Assembly: GCA_038882975.1 (NCBI GenBank)
Contig: JAVZNE010000001.1
Location: 224,001 to 288,000 of the forward strand
Length of the DNA stretch: 64,000 nucleotides
Direction: 5' to 3'
From: Candidatus Bathyarchaeia archaeon
GTDB taxonomy: Archaea > Thermoproteota > Bathyarchaeia > Bathyarchaeales > Bathycorpusculaceae
The first letter of the stretch is position 1; each line of letters opens with the position of its first letter. The notes beneath the pieces are model-generated. The model saw nothing but the letters and a program-made list of their open reading frames with translations, had not been told where the DNA came from and did no database searches. The position numbers and the translations under genes are program-made. Shown here piece after piece: positions 10,026-21,522 of the stretch.

Positions 10026-10334
10026 CTATTCTTCTCCCGTTTCCGCTGCTGTTGAAGCCTCAACCTCTTCTACAGGAGCCCCTTTAGCAACACGCTTAGC
10101 CACTACGCCAAGCTTTGTTGTTGGAGTGTAGGCGCCGCCGGTGAAGGTAAAGCCGCATTTTCTGCACTTCCAAACACCCACGCTCACCCGTTTAACTCTT
10201 GGAAGCCCGCATTGAGGACACTTGTGGCTCTTCTTCATTTCAGCAACTATTTTTATGTAGCGTTTTCTCACAGTAGCTCCATAACGGGGTCCTAAACCCC
10301 TTGTCGGACCAACCTTCTTTGTTCTTTTCCCCAT
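10026..10334 (-). CDS. rpl37ae: 50S ribosomal protein L37Ae (eL43)
   Basis: RYGATVRK and CPQC...WKCRKC..TGGAY zinc ribbon. Confidence 0.96.
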   Translation of the reverse strand: MGKRTKKVGPTRGLGPRYGATVRKRYIKIVAEMKKSHKCPQCGLPRVKRVSVGVWKCRKCGFTFTGGAYTPTTKLGVVAKRVAKGAPVEEVEASTAAETGEE

Positions 10335-10336
10335 CT

Positions 10337-11128
10337 TCACCACCCTAGCTTCTTCCTAATTTCTACGGCTTTCTCTCTGGCAACTTGAACGGCCTCAAAC
10401 ACTTGCTTTGGCGTGAAGTATCCGCTCCCACCCTTCTGAACAGCACATACGTTGCCGTCATCATCGATTGTTATGGTTAGCCGCGCATCCATAATCTGCT
10501 CCTCTTCAAGCCAAGGATCCACAACAAGTCTATCATTTATCTTCGCAAAGGTGACGGACACAGGATGTCTTCTCACCGGAAGCGCTGTATATCCGGGCTT
10601 AATTTTTATTTCGCCATCCTCAATTTCGTAATTAAACATTTTTGTATTGAGAAGCGCAGCCATGGCGGCTAACGATGATGCATCAATTAAGTTTCCATCG
10701 TGGTTAAGCACGTAAATGTCAACAAATATTACAAAGACCTTTTTGCCAGGTGTTATGCATAGCTTATCAAGTTCAACAGCTTTTGATTCTCTAATCCCTC
10801 GGTCTACAACTCTTGCTAACTCTATCGAGTTTTCATCTGGAGGCCCAGGCTCAAATGTCGGCGAAGCCAAAGGCACGAGTTCAGCATTTACAGTTAAGAC
10901 CCCCTCGTTTGGCGTGTCTGGAAACGGCTCCCCAGTTTCAATTTTAACTCCAACCATAACCTCCGTCTTTCCAAGGAGAGCCCTTGCGGAGCCCTCAGCC
11001 CTTTCAATTATACCCTGCTCCACCCTTATCTCTCTATAGTCATTTAGGCCCCTACCGTCAAGTCTTTTCCCTTTGGCGATTAATTGTGCAATCTGCTTCT
11101 GCTTTACACGGACAACAATTGTTGACAT
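10337..11128 (-). CDS. rrp42: Exosome complex subunit Rrp42
   Basis: RLDGR, AEGSA, FEPGPPDE, DGNLIDA. Confidence 0.96.
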   Translation of the reverse strand: MSTIVVRVKQKQIAQLIAKGKRLDGRGLNDYREIRVEQGIIERAEGSARALLGKTEVMVGVKIETGEPFPDTPNEGVLTVNAELVPLASPTFEPGPPDENSIELARVVDRGIRESKAVELDKLCITPGKKVFVIFVDIYVLNHDGNLIDASSLAAMAALLNTKMFNYEIEDGEIKIKPGYTALPVRRHPVSVTFAKINDRLVVDPWLEEEQIMDARLTITIDDDGNVCAVQKGGSGYFTPKQVFEAVQVAREKAVEIRKKLGW

Positions 11129-11862
11129 TACTCTTCAACCTCCTTAACGCTGACGTATTTCGCTTTTAAGGCTTCCTTCTGCATCGCATAGATTTTCTTA
11201 CAACCTTCAATGGCGAGATTAACAGCCTTCTCAAACTCCTCTGGCGTTAGAATCCCATCCATTTGTAGAAGTGTTATAACGCCCAAGTTCGGCATATAGG
11301 CCACTGGAACATCCGCCGAGCCAGCCTTATCCTCCACATCCATTAAGTCTAACACGATCGCGTCATCCACTTTTCCGGCTGAACAGGCAACAACTAAGTC
11401 GCGCATGGGTATGCCAGCATCAGCCAAAGCTAATGACGCCGCTGTTATGCTCGTGCATCTTGTGCTTCCATCAGCTTGCAATACTTCAACAAAAACGTCG
11501 GTGGCCGTGCGCGGATAATACTCAACGAAGATGGCTGGCTCAATGGCTTCCCTAATAACTTTTGACAATTCTATTTCCCTTCTGGACGGGGCTGGCGATT
11601 TGCGTTCCTGAACTGAGAAGGGTGCCATGTGATAGCGGCATCTCAAAACCATACGGTCCGGCAAAGCCATGTGCTTTGGATGCAGTTCTTTCGGACCGTA
11701 AACAGCGGCCAAAATTTTATTTTTCCCCTGTTCAATGTAGGCTGAACCGTCAGCGTTTGATAAGACGCCAACCTCAATTTTTATTGGTCTAAGCTCGTCC
11801 GGTTTTCTTCCATCAAGCCTTAAACCCTTCTTATCAATTAATTTTTCAGTTTTCTGACTCAT
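11128..11862 (-). CDS. rrp41: Exosome complex exonuclease Rrp41
   Basis: RNase PH motifs [21 protein letters not shown]. Confidence 0.96.
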   Translation of the reverse strand: MSQKTEKLIDKKGLRLDGRKPDELRPIKIEVGVLSNADGSAYIEQGKNKILAAVYGPKELHPKHMALPDRMVLRCRYHMAPFSVQERKSPAPSRREIELSKVIREAIEPAIFVEYYPRTATDVFVEVLQADGSTRCTSITAASLALADAGIPMRDLVVACSAGKVDDAIVLDLMDVEDKAGSADVPVAYMPNLGVITLLQMDGILTPEEFEKAVNLAIEGCKKIYAMQKEALKAKYVSVKEVEE

Positions 11863-11863
11863 T

Positions 11864-12565
11864 TTAACTACCTCCTCTTTTCTCTTTTTCTTTCCTAATC
11901 ATCTGTAAAATGCGGTCTGTCAATCCAGTTGTGTGGGACTCTTCCTCAATTTTGTGAATCGCCATCATAGCTAACTCCTCGTCTTCCAAACTTTTACCAG
12001 TGATAAGTATGATTCCATTATGTCCCAATATTATGTGGCAGCCAGTTTCTTGCTTTATCATGGATATCATTGAGCCCTTTTTACCTATAACGCGAGGAAT
12101 CTTCGTAGGCGTTATTTTCACTATTTGCCCACGAGTGATTTTTCCAAGTCCAGGCTCATCAACGCTTAATTGTGGGTTGTGAGTTCTATCATAGGAGACT
12201 ATTTTCGCCACAACGAGGTCTCCAACGTCTAACACTTCGGTCAAATCGTTTTTCTGAGGCTTAAATGGTCTATTAAGAACATCTGAAGCCCTTAATATTG
12301 CTAGGTACGGCGCATTAATATCAACGGTCCATCCGCTAAATCCAACTTCAACCACTGTTCCTATAACTGTGTCACCCATCCTTGGGATATAGAAGGCCCT
12401 TAGGGCAACAACGCTTACCTTTTTATCCTCGTACTCCACAAGCCCTATTCTCGCGGCATAAATTCTGTTGTCCTCCTTATACGTGTTTTCGCCAGCTATG
12501 TAGTCGCCTTCAGCAAGCAGGTCTCCGGGAGTCACAATCTGTCTTCTTTCAAAAAATGTCGGCAT
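11864..12565 (-). CDS. rrp4: Exosome RNA-binding subunit Rrp4 (S1/KH)
   Basis: VTPGD, YIP..GD.VIG, KH motif [10 protein letters not shown]. Confidence 0.95.
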   Translation of the reverse strand: MPTFFERRQIVTPGDLLAEGDYIAGENTYKEDNRIYAARIGLVEYEDKKVSVVALRAFYIPRMGDTVIGTVVEVGFSGWTVDINAPYLAILRASDVLNRPFKPQKNDLTEVLDVGDLVVAKIVSYDRTHNPQLSVDEPGLGKITRGQIVKITPTKIPRVIGKKGSMISMIKQETGCHIILGHNGIILITGKSLEDEELAMMAIHKIEEESHTTGLTDRILQMIRKEKEKRGGS

Positions 12566-12595
12566 AAAACACACACTCAAAATTTAAACCATAGA

Positions 12596-13285
12596 TTAGG
12601 ATATTACTTTCGCCTCAGCGTTTCCCTTCGTTACCTCTCCAATTTTCTCGAGGAATGGCCCATAAAGGCCAGCGGGCATTTCAAGAACCCCATGCCATGA
12701 GCCGTCTGCCCGCCATTCCTCACGTTTTATCGTCCCAAAGGCTTTTAGAGTCCCATAAGCCCTTGCCGCATATTCGGCTGGTATTTGCACACTGACGGAA
12801 ACCTGCTCCATTTTTAGTGGCAGAATCTGCCTTAGCAACTTTATTACCTCTCTTGCCTGCTCCTCCGTAGGCTTAAAGGGGTCTATTGAATAATGGATTT
12901 GCTCCATGGCTTGCTCAATGCGCATTGGTGGATGGGGAAGATTTGTCCTCGGGTCTACACACTGCTTTGATATGAAGGCTATTATTTGCCTCCGCTTTTC
13001 TTCAATCATTTTTCTGCGCTGCTCCGTTGTGAGTTGTAATGTGCCCCTTTTTATGATTATGTCCGCCACTTTAAGCGGGTCTGTTGTTCCAAATGCTTTG
13101 CGTATAGCTTCTTCGGAAACTTTTGTGCCCTTGCTCGCATCTGAAAAAATCGTCTCTGCCACTAAAACTTCTGTTATTGAGGATATTTTGCCCAACCGAT
13201 AATCAAGCGCCTTATCTGGCTTAACAAGAACCTCGAAATGCTCATTATCCTTTGTAATACGTGCAACAGTATATTTTTCACTCAT
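12596..13285 (-). CDS. Ribosome maturation factor SBDS/Sdo1
   Basis: FEVLV, QLTTEQRR, DPRT.LPHPP.RIE. Confidence 0.95.
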   Translation of the reverse strand: MSEKYTVARITKDNEHFEVLVKPDKALDYRLGKISSITEVLVAETIFSDASKGTKVSEEAIRKAFGTTDPLKVADIIIKRGTLQLTTEQRRKMIEEKRRQIIAFISKQCVDPRTNLPHPPMRIEQAMEQIHYSIDPFKPTEEQAREVIKLLRQILPLKMEQVSVSVQIPAEYAARAYGTLKAFGTIKREEWRADGSWHGVLEMPAGLYGPFLEKIGEVTKGNAEAKVIS

Positions 13286-13292
13286 TCCCTCT

Positions 13293-14021
13293 TCACTTGC
13301 CTGAAACAAGCTTCTTCACATAACCCTCAATTTTCTCGTCGCTGAGCATCTCCATCTTCTTTGTCGCCGATGGAATAACGGCAATCTTTATCCTTGGCGG
13401 AAGCTGCCTAGCCTCAAGAGCCTTAACCAAACATTTAACTGCAAGCTTTATGGCGTCTTCGATGCCCATGTCCTCCCGGTACTCTTCCTTCAAAATATTC
13501 ATCACCGTCTCTCTTCCCGCGCCAACAGCCGTGGCTTTATGTCCCTTATATGTTCCGCTGGGATGTGTTATGAAAAGGCGGTTTCCAGTCTTATCAACCC
13601 CTCCGAATATTAATGAGACACCAAAGGGTCTTACACCAGCATGCTGCGTGTAAAGCTGTTGTATGTCGCATATACGTTTAGTCACAACCTCAACGTCTAT
13701 TGGCTCATCATAGGTTAACCTATTACTCTGTGCATAAATCCGCGCTTGGTCTATCAAAACTCTTGCATCAGAGCTTAAACCGACTATCGCCGCACCAATA
13801 TGCTCGTCAATTTTGAAAATCTTCCACGAAGAACCTGTTTCCTCAAGGGGCTCAACAGTTTCCTCAGCCCCCAAAACAACCCCTTCAGAACACTTTATCC
13901 CCAAAATCGTTGCTCCACGATTAACAAGTTCCATGGCATACTCAACTTGAAAAAGCCTCCCATCTGGTGAAAAGACGGTTATAGCACGGTCATATGCTCC
14001 CGGAGCTGCAAACACTGACAT
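13293..14021 (-). CDS. psmA: Proteasome alpha subunit
   Basis: YDRAITVFSPDGRLFQVEYA; RPFGVS. Confidence 0.97.
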   Translation of the reverse strand: MSVFAAPGAYDRAITVFSPDGRLFQVEYAMELVNRGATILGIKCSEGVVLGAEETVEPLEETGSSWKIFKIDEHIGAAIVGLSSDARVLIDQARIYAQSNRLTYDEPIDVEVVTKRICDIQQLYTQHAGVRPFGVSLIFGGVDKTGNRLFITHPSGTYKGHKATAVGAGRETVMNILKEEYREDMGIEDAIKLAVKCLVKALEARQLPPRIKIAVIPSATKKMEMLSDEKIEGYVKKLVSGK

Positions 14022-14169
14022 CAACATCAACCTCACGTTTTACACTAACTAAACACTTGCAGAACACTCATATAACAACTTAACTAAAAACCTTTTCCTA
14101 AAACCTTTTAGTTGAGCAAAATGTTACCTTTATAAACTCTCCATAGAATAAGGTTAAGATTGAATTAAT

Positions 14170-15270
14170 ATGGGAATCTTCACTGAAAGAATAGAAAAGT
14201 TAAAGGAGCTTGGCAGAAAAGCCGGGATAAACGCCTTTATGATAACCACTAAGGAAAACATGAGGTATTTTACCGGCTTATCCGTTTTGTCGATAGAGAG
14301 GTTTGCAGCCATAATTGTTCCCGTTGAAAAAGGCAATCCTATAATTATAGTTCCTAAACTTGAGGTGGAGAAAGCAAAAACGCAAACAACCCTAAACGAC
14401 ATAAGGAGTTATAGTGATTCAGAAAATCCCGCAGTCTTGCTTAAGAAGGTCGTAAGGGAGCTTAGCCTAGAAAAAGCTGTTTTCGGGGTTGAGGCAACTT
14501 TACCCTTTAAGTTTTACAAGATGCTTATGGACATCTCGCCAAAAATACAAGCTAAAGATGTATCGGCATTCTTCAACCAGCTCAGAAGCATAAAATCCGA
14601 TAAAGAATTACAACTAATAAAGAGGGCTGCTAAAATTGTGGCAGCTGGGATAATGGCTGGAATTGAATCCATCAAATCCGGCGTTAGTGAGCTGACCGTT
14701 TCATCTAAAATAGAGCAAACTATAAAGGAGCACGGCGGTGAAAGTGTTCCTTTTTGCATAGTTTTATCAGGAGAAAACACGGCTCTTCCTCACGGAGAAA
14801 CTTCGCTTAGAAAAATTTCGGCAAGGGATGTTGTTTTAATGGATGTAGGAGCAGTTTACAATGGCTATTATGCAGATCTTACCCGCACTATTTTTGTTGG
14901 AAGGGCAACGATGAGACAGCGGGAGATCTACGAAATAGTAGCTGAAGCTCAAAAAGAAGCTATTCAAACTGTAAAACCAAACGTGAAAGCCGAGGAAATA
15001 GATTATGCGGCGAGAAAAATTATAGAGGAAGCGGGCTACGGAGAATACTTTACCCATCGAGCTGGTCACGGATTGGGGTTAGAGGTACACGAAGAGCCAT
15101 ATATAGTGCAGGGAAATAAAACCAAATTAAAACCTGGGATGACATTTACAATTGAGCCAGGCATATATCTTCCCAGAAAATTTGGGGTTAGAATAGAAGA
15201 TGATGTTGCGGTGACGGAAAAATCTGGAAAACTCTTAAGCACCCTCGGGAAAGAGATGATGATTGTTTAA
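14170..15270 (+). CDS. Xaa-Pro peptidase (M24B family)
   Basis: DxG...Y.ADLTRT, HRAGHGLGLEVHE, TIEPG, GVRIEDD. Confidence 0.93.
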   Translation: MGIFTERIEKLKELGRKAGINAFMITTKENMRYFTGLSVLSIERFAAIIVPVEKGNPIIIVPKLEVEKAKTQTTLNDIRSYSDSENPAVLLKKVVRELSLEKAVFGVEATLPFKFYKMLMDISPKIQAKDVSAFFNQLRSIKSDKELQLIKRAAKIVAAGIMAGIESIKSGVSELTVSSKIEQTIKEHGGESVPFCIVLSGENTALPHGETSLRKISARDVVLMDVGAVYNGYYADLTRTIFVGRATMRQREIYEIVAEAQKEAIQTVKPNVKAEEIDYAARKIIEEAGYGEYFTHRAGHGLGLEVHEEPYIVQGNKTKLKPGMTFTIEPGIYLPRKFGVRIEDDVAVTEKSGKLLSTLGKEMMIV

Positions 15271-15419
15271 GGCCAACTCCTCTGTATTTGCCATTCATAT
15301 TTGCTATAATTCATCTTGAGCGAAGAGAACATTAGGTAATCGCCAAGTTTATATTACCCACTAATATTCTATTCAACGGCACTATATTGGTTTGCACTCT
15401 TAATGGGGCGTCCGGATAA

Positions 15420-16235
15420 GTGGAGATTGAGGTACTTGAAAGAGACGATAAGAACTTGCGCTTGCTAATAAGGGGAGTTGACACTCCGTTTGTTAACGCT
15501 TTAAGAAGGAATGTTATCGCCGAAGTTCCATGCATGGCAATAGATGATGTTGTGATTATTGAGAATTCCTCTGTTTTTCACGATGAAATCATAGCCCATA
15601 GACTTGGGTTAATCCCATTAAAAACCGACCTTGACAGCTACAACCTTCCAGATGAGTGCCCATGTAAAAGCGAATTTGGATGCAACCTATGCAGAGTTAC
15701 GCTTACATTGGATAGGGAGGCAAAGGAAGGAACAATAACGGTTTACTCTGGAGAGCTTGTTTCTGAAAACCCAAACATTGTTCCCGTCAGCGACAAAATC
15801 CCAATAGTTAAGCTTGCAAAGGGACAAAAGTTGAGGCTTGAAGCCTACGCAAGGCTTGGGAAGGGGAAGAGCCACGCCAAGTGGCAGCCGGTTTCCCTTT
15901 GCTCATACAAGTATCTGCCACAAATAGGAATAAACGGCGAAAGCTGTGATGCTTGCGGGAAATGTGTGGAAGTATGCCCGAGAAAGGTTCTGGCAAAGCA
16001 TGAAGGAAAAATAGAAGTTCGCAACTTGTTCGCCTGCACTCTATGCCGAGATTGTATGGACGTTTGTCCAAAACAACCATCAGCCATAAAGGTTGATTGG
16101 GAAAAGAACGCTTTTATATTTAGCATCGAATCAACGGGCGTACTACCACCAGAGAGAATCATTATGGAAGCTGTAAAAATTTTGGATAAAGACCTTAATG
16201 AGTTGGCAAAACAGATTGAGGTGCAAAAGGCTTGA
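15420..16235 (+). CDS. rpoD: RNA polymerase subunit D (Rpo3) with a ferredoxin-like Fe-S insert
   Basis: NALRR, AHRLGLIP, HAKWQP, two CxxCxxCxxxCP motifs. Confidence 0.96.
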   Translation: MEIEVLERDDKNLRLLIRGVDTPFVNALRRNVIAEVPCMAIDDVVIIENSSVFHDEIIAHRLGLIPLKTDLDSYNLPDECPCKSEFGCNLCRVTLTLDREAKEGTITVYSGELVSENPNIVPVSDKIPIVKLAKGQKLRLEAYARLGKGKSHAKWQPVSLCSYKYLPQIGINGESCDACGKCVEVCPRKVLAKHEGKIEVRNLFACTLCRDCMDVCPKQPSAIKVDWEKNAFIFSIESTGVLPPERIIMEAVKILDKDLNELAKQIEVQKA

Positions 16236-16594
16236 GGAAAGTTAAGGCGACAAACCCGGAACTTGTCGAAACTATACGTTTCTTGAAAAAGCAGAGCAAG
16301 GAAAGCAAGGCAAAAATTTGGAGAAGCATTGCTGAGCTATTGGCTAAGTCTAGAAGAAAGCGCATAGCTGTAAACATCAGCCGACTGAATAGATACACGG
16401 CGAAAAATGAAACGGTAGTTGTTCCAGGTAAGGTGCTTGGCGCTGGCGAACTAAACCATCCAGTAACTGTTGCAGCTTTCGCCTTTTCGCAGAAAGCACA
16501 AGAAAAAATAAAGAATGCACGAGGAAAATGCCTATCCATAATCGAGCTTGTTAAGAAAAATCCTAAAGGTTCAAAAGTTAAGATTATAGGGTGA
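16232..16594 (+). CDS. rpl18e: 50S ribosomal protein L18e
   Basis: VNISRLNR, VVPGKVLG; synteny. Confidence 0.96.
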   Translation: MRKVKATNPELVETIRFLKKQSKESKAKIWRSIAELLAKSRRKRIAVNISRLNRYTAKNETVVVPGKVLGAGELNHPVTVAAFAFSQKAQEKIKNARGKCLSIIELVKKNPKGSKVKIIG

Positions 16595-16598
16595 AAAA

Positions 16599-17036
16599 AT
16601 GCAGCTAGAAAGCGACTATAAAGTCATTAATGCTGACGGGCTTATTTTGGGGAGAATGGCAAGTATAATTGCCAAACGCTTACTAAAAGGCGAAAAAATA
16701 GCTGTTGTAAATGCTGAAAAAGCCATAATATCTGGCAAAAAGAAAAGCAGGGTCAAAGAAGCAAAAGATTTTCTCGAAGTTGGACATCCGGGAAAAGGTC
16801 CCATGCATCCTAGGAGACCGGATAGAATTCTTAGAAGAACTATTAGAGGAATGCTCCCGTATAAACAGCCGAAGGGTAAGCAAGCCTACAAAAGACTTAG
16901 GGTTTTCATAGGTATTCCGGACGAACTTAAAAATTGGGAGATGGAAACCATAGAAGAGGCACAAGCCAAAAAGCTAACTTGTCCTTACTTCACGCTTGGA
17001 GAGCTTGCAAAGGAAATAGGTTGGAGTGGCGAGTAA
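16599..17036 (+). CDS. rpl13: 50S ribosomal protein L13
   Basis: ILGRMAS, NAEK, RGMLP. Confidence 0.96.
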   Translation: MQLESDYKVINADGLILGRMASIIAKRLLKGEKIAVVNAEKAIISGKKKSRVKEAKDFLEVGHPGKGPMHPRRPDRILRRTIRGMLPYKQPKGKQAYKRLRVFIGIPDELKNWEMETIEEAQAKKLTCPYFTLGELAKEIGWSGE

Positions 17037-17037
17037 A

Positions 17038-17448
17038 ATGCCGGCGAAAAAAGTTCTCGTAGTCAGCGGGAAAAGGAAAACAGCCGTGGCACGCGCCGTG
17101 GTTAAACCCGGCATGGGAAGAATAAGAATCAACATGACCCCTCTGGAGATTTACCAGCCGGAAGTTGCCCGCCAAAAAATAATGGAGCCGCTTATACAAG
17201 CCGGCGACGAGATTTGGAAACAATTGGATATAGACATTAAAGTTTCAGGCGGAGGCTACATGGGACAAGCTGAGGCAGCCAGAATGGCCATTGCAAACGC
17301 CTTATTAAAATGGACTAAGAGCACACAACTGCGCACAGCATTCATTGAATATGATAGAACAATGGTTGTGGGCGATCCTAGAAGGAAAGAGCCTAAAAAG
17401 TTTGGTGGTCCCGGTGCAAGGGCGAGGGATCAGAAGAGCTATAGGTAA
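17038..17448 (+). CDS. rps9: 30S ribosomal protein S9
   Basis: [16 protein letters not shown]-terminal QKSYR. Confidence 0.97.
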   Translation: MPAKKVLVVSGKRKTAVARAVVKPGMGRIRINMTPLEIYQPEVARQKIMEPLIQAGDEIWKQLDIDIKVSGGGYMGQAEAARMAIANALLKWTKSTQLRTAFIEYDRTMVVGDPRRKEPKKFGGPGARARDQKSYR

Positions 17449-17465
17449 TGGAGGTTAAGGCGAAA

Positions 17466-17705
17466 GTGATTATACCTATAAGATGTTTTACGTGCGGCAA
17501 GTTGATTGGCGACAAGTGGGAGGAGTTCGCACGGAGAGTTAAGATGGGGGAAGACGCTGGCGACGTTTTAGACAGTTTGGGGATAAGAAGGTACTGTTGC
17601 AGGCGTATGCTCCTCTCCCATGTTGAGATTATTGATGAAGTTTTACGCTTCTATGAGGAAGCAGAAAAAAGAAGAGAAGCTAGAATGCAGTACTATCAAC
17701 ATTGA
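17466..17705 (+). CDS. rpoN: RNA polymerase subunit N (Rpo10)
   Basis: [11 protein letters not shown] and RYCCRRM. Confidence 0.97.
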   Translation: MIIPIRCFTCGKLIGDKWEEFARRVKMGEDAGDVLDSLGIRRYCCRRMLLSHVEIIDEVLRFYEEAEKRREARMQYYQH

Positions 17706-17719
17706 GGAGTTTATAAAGC

Positions 17720-18973
17720 ATGTCTACAGTTATTGAAGACGTAATTGCAAGAAAGGTTTTCAATAGCCGCGGAGAAGAAACAATAGAGGTTGATGTTATC
17801 ACCACTTCTGGTTTTGGGAGAGCCTCAGCACCAGCCGGAGAAAGCCGAGGGAAAGCTGAGGTTGTTTATTACCCACAAGGCGTAGTGGACGAAGCCATCA
17901 AGAAGGTTGAAGAACTCATATCCCCAGAACTCATCGGGTTAAATGCTGACTTCCAAGATGATATAGATAAAACCCTTCATGAAATAGACAACACAAAAGA
18001 CTTCAGAATTATTGGCGGAAACACAGCCTTCGCAGTTTCTCTAGCAAATGCTGAGGCTGCCGCAAACTCTTACGGTTTACCTCTCTTCCAATATTTGGGC
18101 GGGTATGCAGCGCATGAACTTCCTTATCCGCTTGGAAACATCATTAGTGGTGGGAAACACACGAGTGGGAAATCCCCGAATATACAAGAGTTCCTAGTTC
18201 TTCCACACGGCGCCGGGTCTTTTCTGGAAGCTGCGACAGCTAATATAAAAATCCACAGGAGAGTTAAGGAAGCTTTAAAGAAGAAGGATAAGCTTTTCAG
18301 TGGCGGCAGAAGCGATGAGGGAGCATGGATTGCAAACATTACAGACTTGGAAGCCTTTGAAATTATGGCTTCGGCATGCGAACAAGTAAGCAACGAACTT
18401 GGCTTTAAGTGTGGTTTCGGCGTTGATGTTGCAGCTTCATCCCTTTGGAACGCTAAGAAGAAGAAATATGTGTATGAGAGAGACGGAAAAGAGTTAGACT
18501 CCGGAGAACAGTTGGAGTTTATTCGACAGCTTATTGAAAAGTATCATCTGGTTTATGTGGAAGACCCCTTCCACGAAGAATGTTATGAAGGCTTTGCAGA
18601 ACTTACAAAAAGGGTTAGTAACTGCCTCATCTGCGGCGACGATTTGTTCGTTACAAATAATGAAAGGTTAACCCATGGGATTAAAAAGCGGGCAGCCAAT
18701 GCCATAATAATTAAAGTGAACCAGGTAGGCACACTTACAGATGCCTTGGACACAATTGACACTGCAAAAAGGGCTGGATATGTGCCAGTCGTGTCTCATC
18801 GTTCAGGCGATACTTGTGATTGGCATATCGCTCACTTAGCTGTGGCGTTTAAATGTCCCATCATTAAGGCAGGTGTGGTGGAGGGCGCAAGAATAGCAAA
18901 AATAAACGAGTTGTTGAGAATTGAGGAGTTTCTCGGAGAGAGGGCTAAAATGGCTGAACTCCACATTTTATAA
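17720..18973 (+). CDS. eno: Enolase
   Basis: NSRG..T.EV, EDPF, GDDL, KVNQVGT, SHRSGDT. Confidence 0.95.
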   Translation: MSTVIEDVIARKVFNSRGEETIEVDVITTSGFGRASAPAGESRGKAEVVYYPQGVVDEAIKKVEELISPELIGLNADFQDDIDKTLHEIDNTKDFRIIGGNTAFAVSLANAEAAANSYGLPLFQYLGGYAAHELPYPLGNIISGGKHTSGKSPNIQEFLVLPHGAGSFLEAATANIKIHRRVKEALKKKDKLFSGGRSDEGAWIANITDLEAFEIMASACEQVSNELGFKCGFGVDVAASSLWNAKKKKYVYERDGKELDSGEQLEFIRQLIEKYHLVYVEDPFHEECYEGFAELTKRVSNCLICGDDLFVTNNERLTHGIKKRAANAIIIKVNQVGTLTDALDTIDTAKRAGYVPVVSHRSGDTCDWHIAHLAVAFKCPIIKAGVVEGARIAKINELLRIEEFLGERAKMAELHIL

Positions 18974-18990
18974 CGGAGAGTGAAGCAAAC

Positions 18991-19674
18991 TTGGCTGAAA
19001 AAGATAAGGAAGAAGCAAAAAAGGAGAAGTTTGAAGAGGAAACAAGTGTAAGTGCAGAAGAAGAGCTCTTATTGCCGCGGGACACACTTCTCTCGGCTGG
19101 AATCCACATTGGAACCAGAATGAAGACTAAAGACATGGAACAGTTTATATACCGTGTTAGACCAGACGGACTATTTGTTTTGGACGTGAAAAAGACTGAT
19201 GAACGTATAAGAGTGGCAGCCAAGTTCTTGGCAAGATTTGAATCTTCAAGGATCGCCGCTGCCGCTGCGAGGCTATATGCACAAGAGCCTGTGAAAAAGT
19301 TTTGCGAGGCTATTGGCGCAACACCAATTGTTGGGCGCTTCATCCCTGGGTTGCTTTCAAACCCGCTCTATCCAAATCGTATTGAACCAAATGTGCTAAT
19401 AGTTTCAGACCCTAGGGCGGATTCTCAAGCCGTGAGGGAGGCAGCCTCTGTTGGTGTTCCGGTGGTAGCCTTGTGCAGCACTGACAACGACTTTTCCGGA
19501 GTTGACCTAGTGATACCCACAAACAATAAAGGCAGAAGAGCCTTAGCAGTCATTTACTGGCTTCTTGCGAGGCAAGTTTTGCGCGAAAGAGGTGAACTCC
19601 CACCAGATAAGGACATGCCACTAACCATCGAGGATTTTGAGGCTAAAATATCAAAAGAGGAAGAGGAGAGCTAA
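18991..19674 (+). CDS. rps2: 30S ribosomal protein S2
   Basis: AGIHIG, GRFIPG, IPTNNKG. Confidence 0.97.
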   Translation: MAEKDKEEAKKEKFEEETSVSAEEELLLPRDTLLSAGIHIGTRMKTKDMEQFIYRVRPDGLFVLDVKKTDERIRVAAKFLARFESSRIAAAAARLYAQEPVKKFCEAIGATPIVGRFIPGLLSNPLYPNRIEPNVLIVSDPRADSQAVREAASVGVPVVALCSTDNDFSGVDLVIPTNNKGRRALAVIYWLLARQVLRERGELPPDKDMPLTIEDFEAKISKEEEES

Positions 19675-19680
19675 CCTGAA

Positions 19681-20529
19681 ATGGCGAAGATTCGGCTTCC
19701 GAGCCAGGCTGGAGCCTTCTACGCTGGAAAAGCCGAATCGTTGAAGAGGCAGATTGAAGAGTGCTTTCTACACGAGTTAGGACCGGGTAAAATCCCAACA
19801 GTTGTTGAAGGATCGAGGCGCATAGTTGGTCTTGTTTGCCCCCATGCTGGATACATGTATTCTGGACCTGTGGCGGCCCACGCCTATTACAATTTGGCTT
19901 CTGATGGTAAGCCAGACACTGTTGTGCTTTTTGGCCCAAACCATACTGGTTATGGTAGTGCCTTGGCCGTTATGAACGAGGGCTTTTGGCGCACTCCGCT
20001 TGGCGATGTTGAGGTGGACGGGGAAACAGCCAACAAGATTGTTAAGGAAGCTCGCATTGTTGATGTTGATGACTCGGCTCATCGATATGAGCATTCGATT
20101 GAGGTGCAGCTTCCATTTCTACAGTATCTTTTCGGCTCAGCGTTCAAAATTGTGCCCATATGCTTTTTGATGCAGGATTTGCACTCCTCAAGAGAAGTTG
20201 GGCGCGCTGTTGCAAGGGTTTTGGCTGGGAAAAACGCCTTAATTATAGCTTCTTCAGACATGACTCATTACGAGCCGCAGAAAGTGGCTGAAAAGAGGGA
20301 TATGTTGGCGATTAAGGCTGTAGAAGCAATGAACGAGGAGCGTTTCTACTCGATAGTTGAAGAGCATAGGATTACCGCTTGTGGCTATGGTCCTATAGTG
20401 GCCCTTATAACGGCTGCAAAAGCTTTAGGGGCGAGAGAGGCAAAATTATTATGTTATAAGACTAGTGGAGATGTTACTGGCGACTACTCGGCTGTTGTTG
20501 GGTATGCCGCCGTCCAATTCACAAAATAG
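19681..20529 (+). CDS. MEMO1 family protein (AmmeMemoRadiSam protein B-like)
   Basis: AG.FY, PHAGY.YSG, GPNHTG, EHSIEVQLPFLQ, SSDMTHY, CGYGP. Confidence 0.93.
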   Translation: MAKIRLPSQAGAFYAGKAESLKRQIEECFLHELGPGKIPTVVEGSRRIVGLVCPHAGYMYSGPVAAHAYYNLASDGKPDTVVLFGPNHTGYGSALAVMNEGFWRTPLGDVEVDGETANKIVKEARIVDVDDSAHRYEHSIEVQLPFLQYLFGSAFKIVPICFLMQDLHSSREVGRAVARVLAGKNALIIASSDMTHYEPQKVAEKRDMLAIKAVEAMNEERFYSIVEEHRITACGYGPIVALITAAKALGAREAKLLCYKTSGDVTGDYSAVVGYAAVQFTK

Positions 20530-20538
20530 TGGTTTAGG

Positions 20539-21522
20539 ATGGGAGTTATCGCTTCAGCTCCCGCGAAAATAATACTTTTCGGAGAACACTTCGTCGTTTA
20601 CGGCGAACCCGCCATAGTCCTGGCTATAGACAAAAGAGCCTACGCAAGAGCGGAACTACGAAAGGACAAGAGGCTTTTTCTACGCTCTTTAAACTTAAAT
20701 GTCGCTGGATTTTTCGAAAATGGGAACTTTAAAATTGAAGAAGGAAACCCAAAAGAGGCAAGAATGAAGCTTGAACCGCTCAAATGTGCTGTGGAAAAAG
20801 TTCTGGAGATTTCAGGAGAGAGGGTGGGCTTAAACATAGAGGTTAACTCAACCGTTCCAGTCGCAGCTGGTTTAGGGTCCTCGGCGGCTGTGGCTGCTGC
20901 CGTGACAGCAGCTGTCGGCGCCCTACTAAATGTGAAAATGTCAAGGGAGGATATTTTCCGCATAGCCTACAAAGCCGAAAAAATAATGCATGGCACGCCT
21001 TCGGGCGTTGACCCAGCAATATCAACCTTTGGAGGCACTCTGCTTTTCCAAATAGACACGGGATTTAAGCCTCTAGACGTCAGGGCGGACATCCCGCTTG
21101 TTATCGGCAACACAGGCGTTGAAAGGTCAACGCGGAGCCAAGTGACGAAAGTTCGAAGCTTAAAGGATCGTTACCCACAGATTGTTGAGCCTATGATGAG
21201 GTCTGCCCGTGAAATAGTCTTAAGAGCCATCGAAGCCTTAAAAGAAGGCGATTTGGAAACCCTTGGGGAACTAATGAACATAAACCATGCACTGCTTTAT
21301 GGATTGGGGGTTTCGGACGAGTCTTTAGAGTGGCTTATTAACGCCGCCCGCAAGGCTGGAGCATTAGGCGCAAAACTGACGGGGGCTGGTGGCGGCGGGT
21401 GCATGATAGCCCTTGCAAGCAAGGATAGAGTCGAAAATGTTTTGGAGGCTGTTCAGAGGGCTGGGGGAAGCGCTTTCATAGCGAGAAAAACGGATGAGGG
21501 GGTTAGAATTGAGCCAACCTAG
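20539..21522 (+). CDS. mvk: Mevalonate kinase
   Basis: PAKIILFGEH.VVYG, GLGSSAA, GAKLTGAGGGG. Confidence 0.95.
   Translation: MGVIASAPAKIILFGEHFVVYGEPAIVLAIDKRAYARAELRKDKRLFLRSLNLNVAGFFENGNFKIEEGNPKEARMKLEPLKCAVEKVLEISGERVGLNIEVNSTVPVAAGLGSSAAVAAAVTAAVGALLNVKMSREDIFRIAYKAEKIMHGTPSGVDPAISTFGGTLLFQIDTGFKPLDVRADIPLVIGNTGVERSTRSQVTKVRSLKDRYPQIVEPMMRSAREIVLRAIEALKEGDLETLGELMNINHALLYGLGVSDESLEWLINAARKAGALGAKLTGAGGGGCMIALASKDRVENVLEAVQRAGGSAFIARKTDEGVRIEPT

Noticed and set aside
17720-18973. Inactive enolase (GESRG instead of GASTG)
   Set aside because: The catalytic Lys and the SHRSG motif are intact, so this is likely ordinary archaeal variation.
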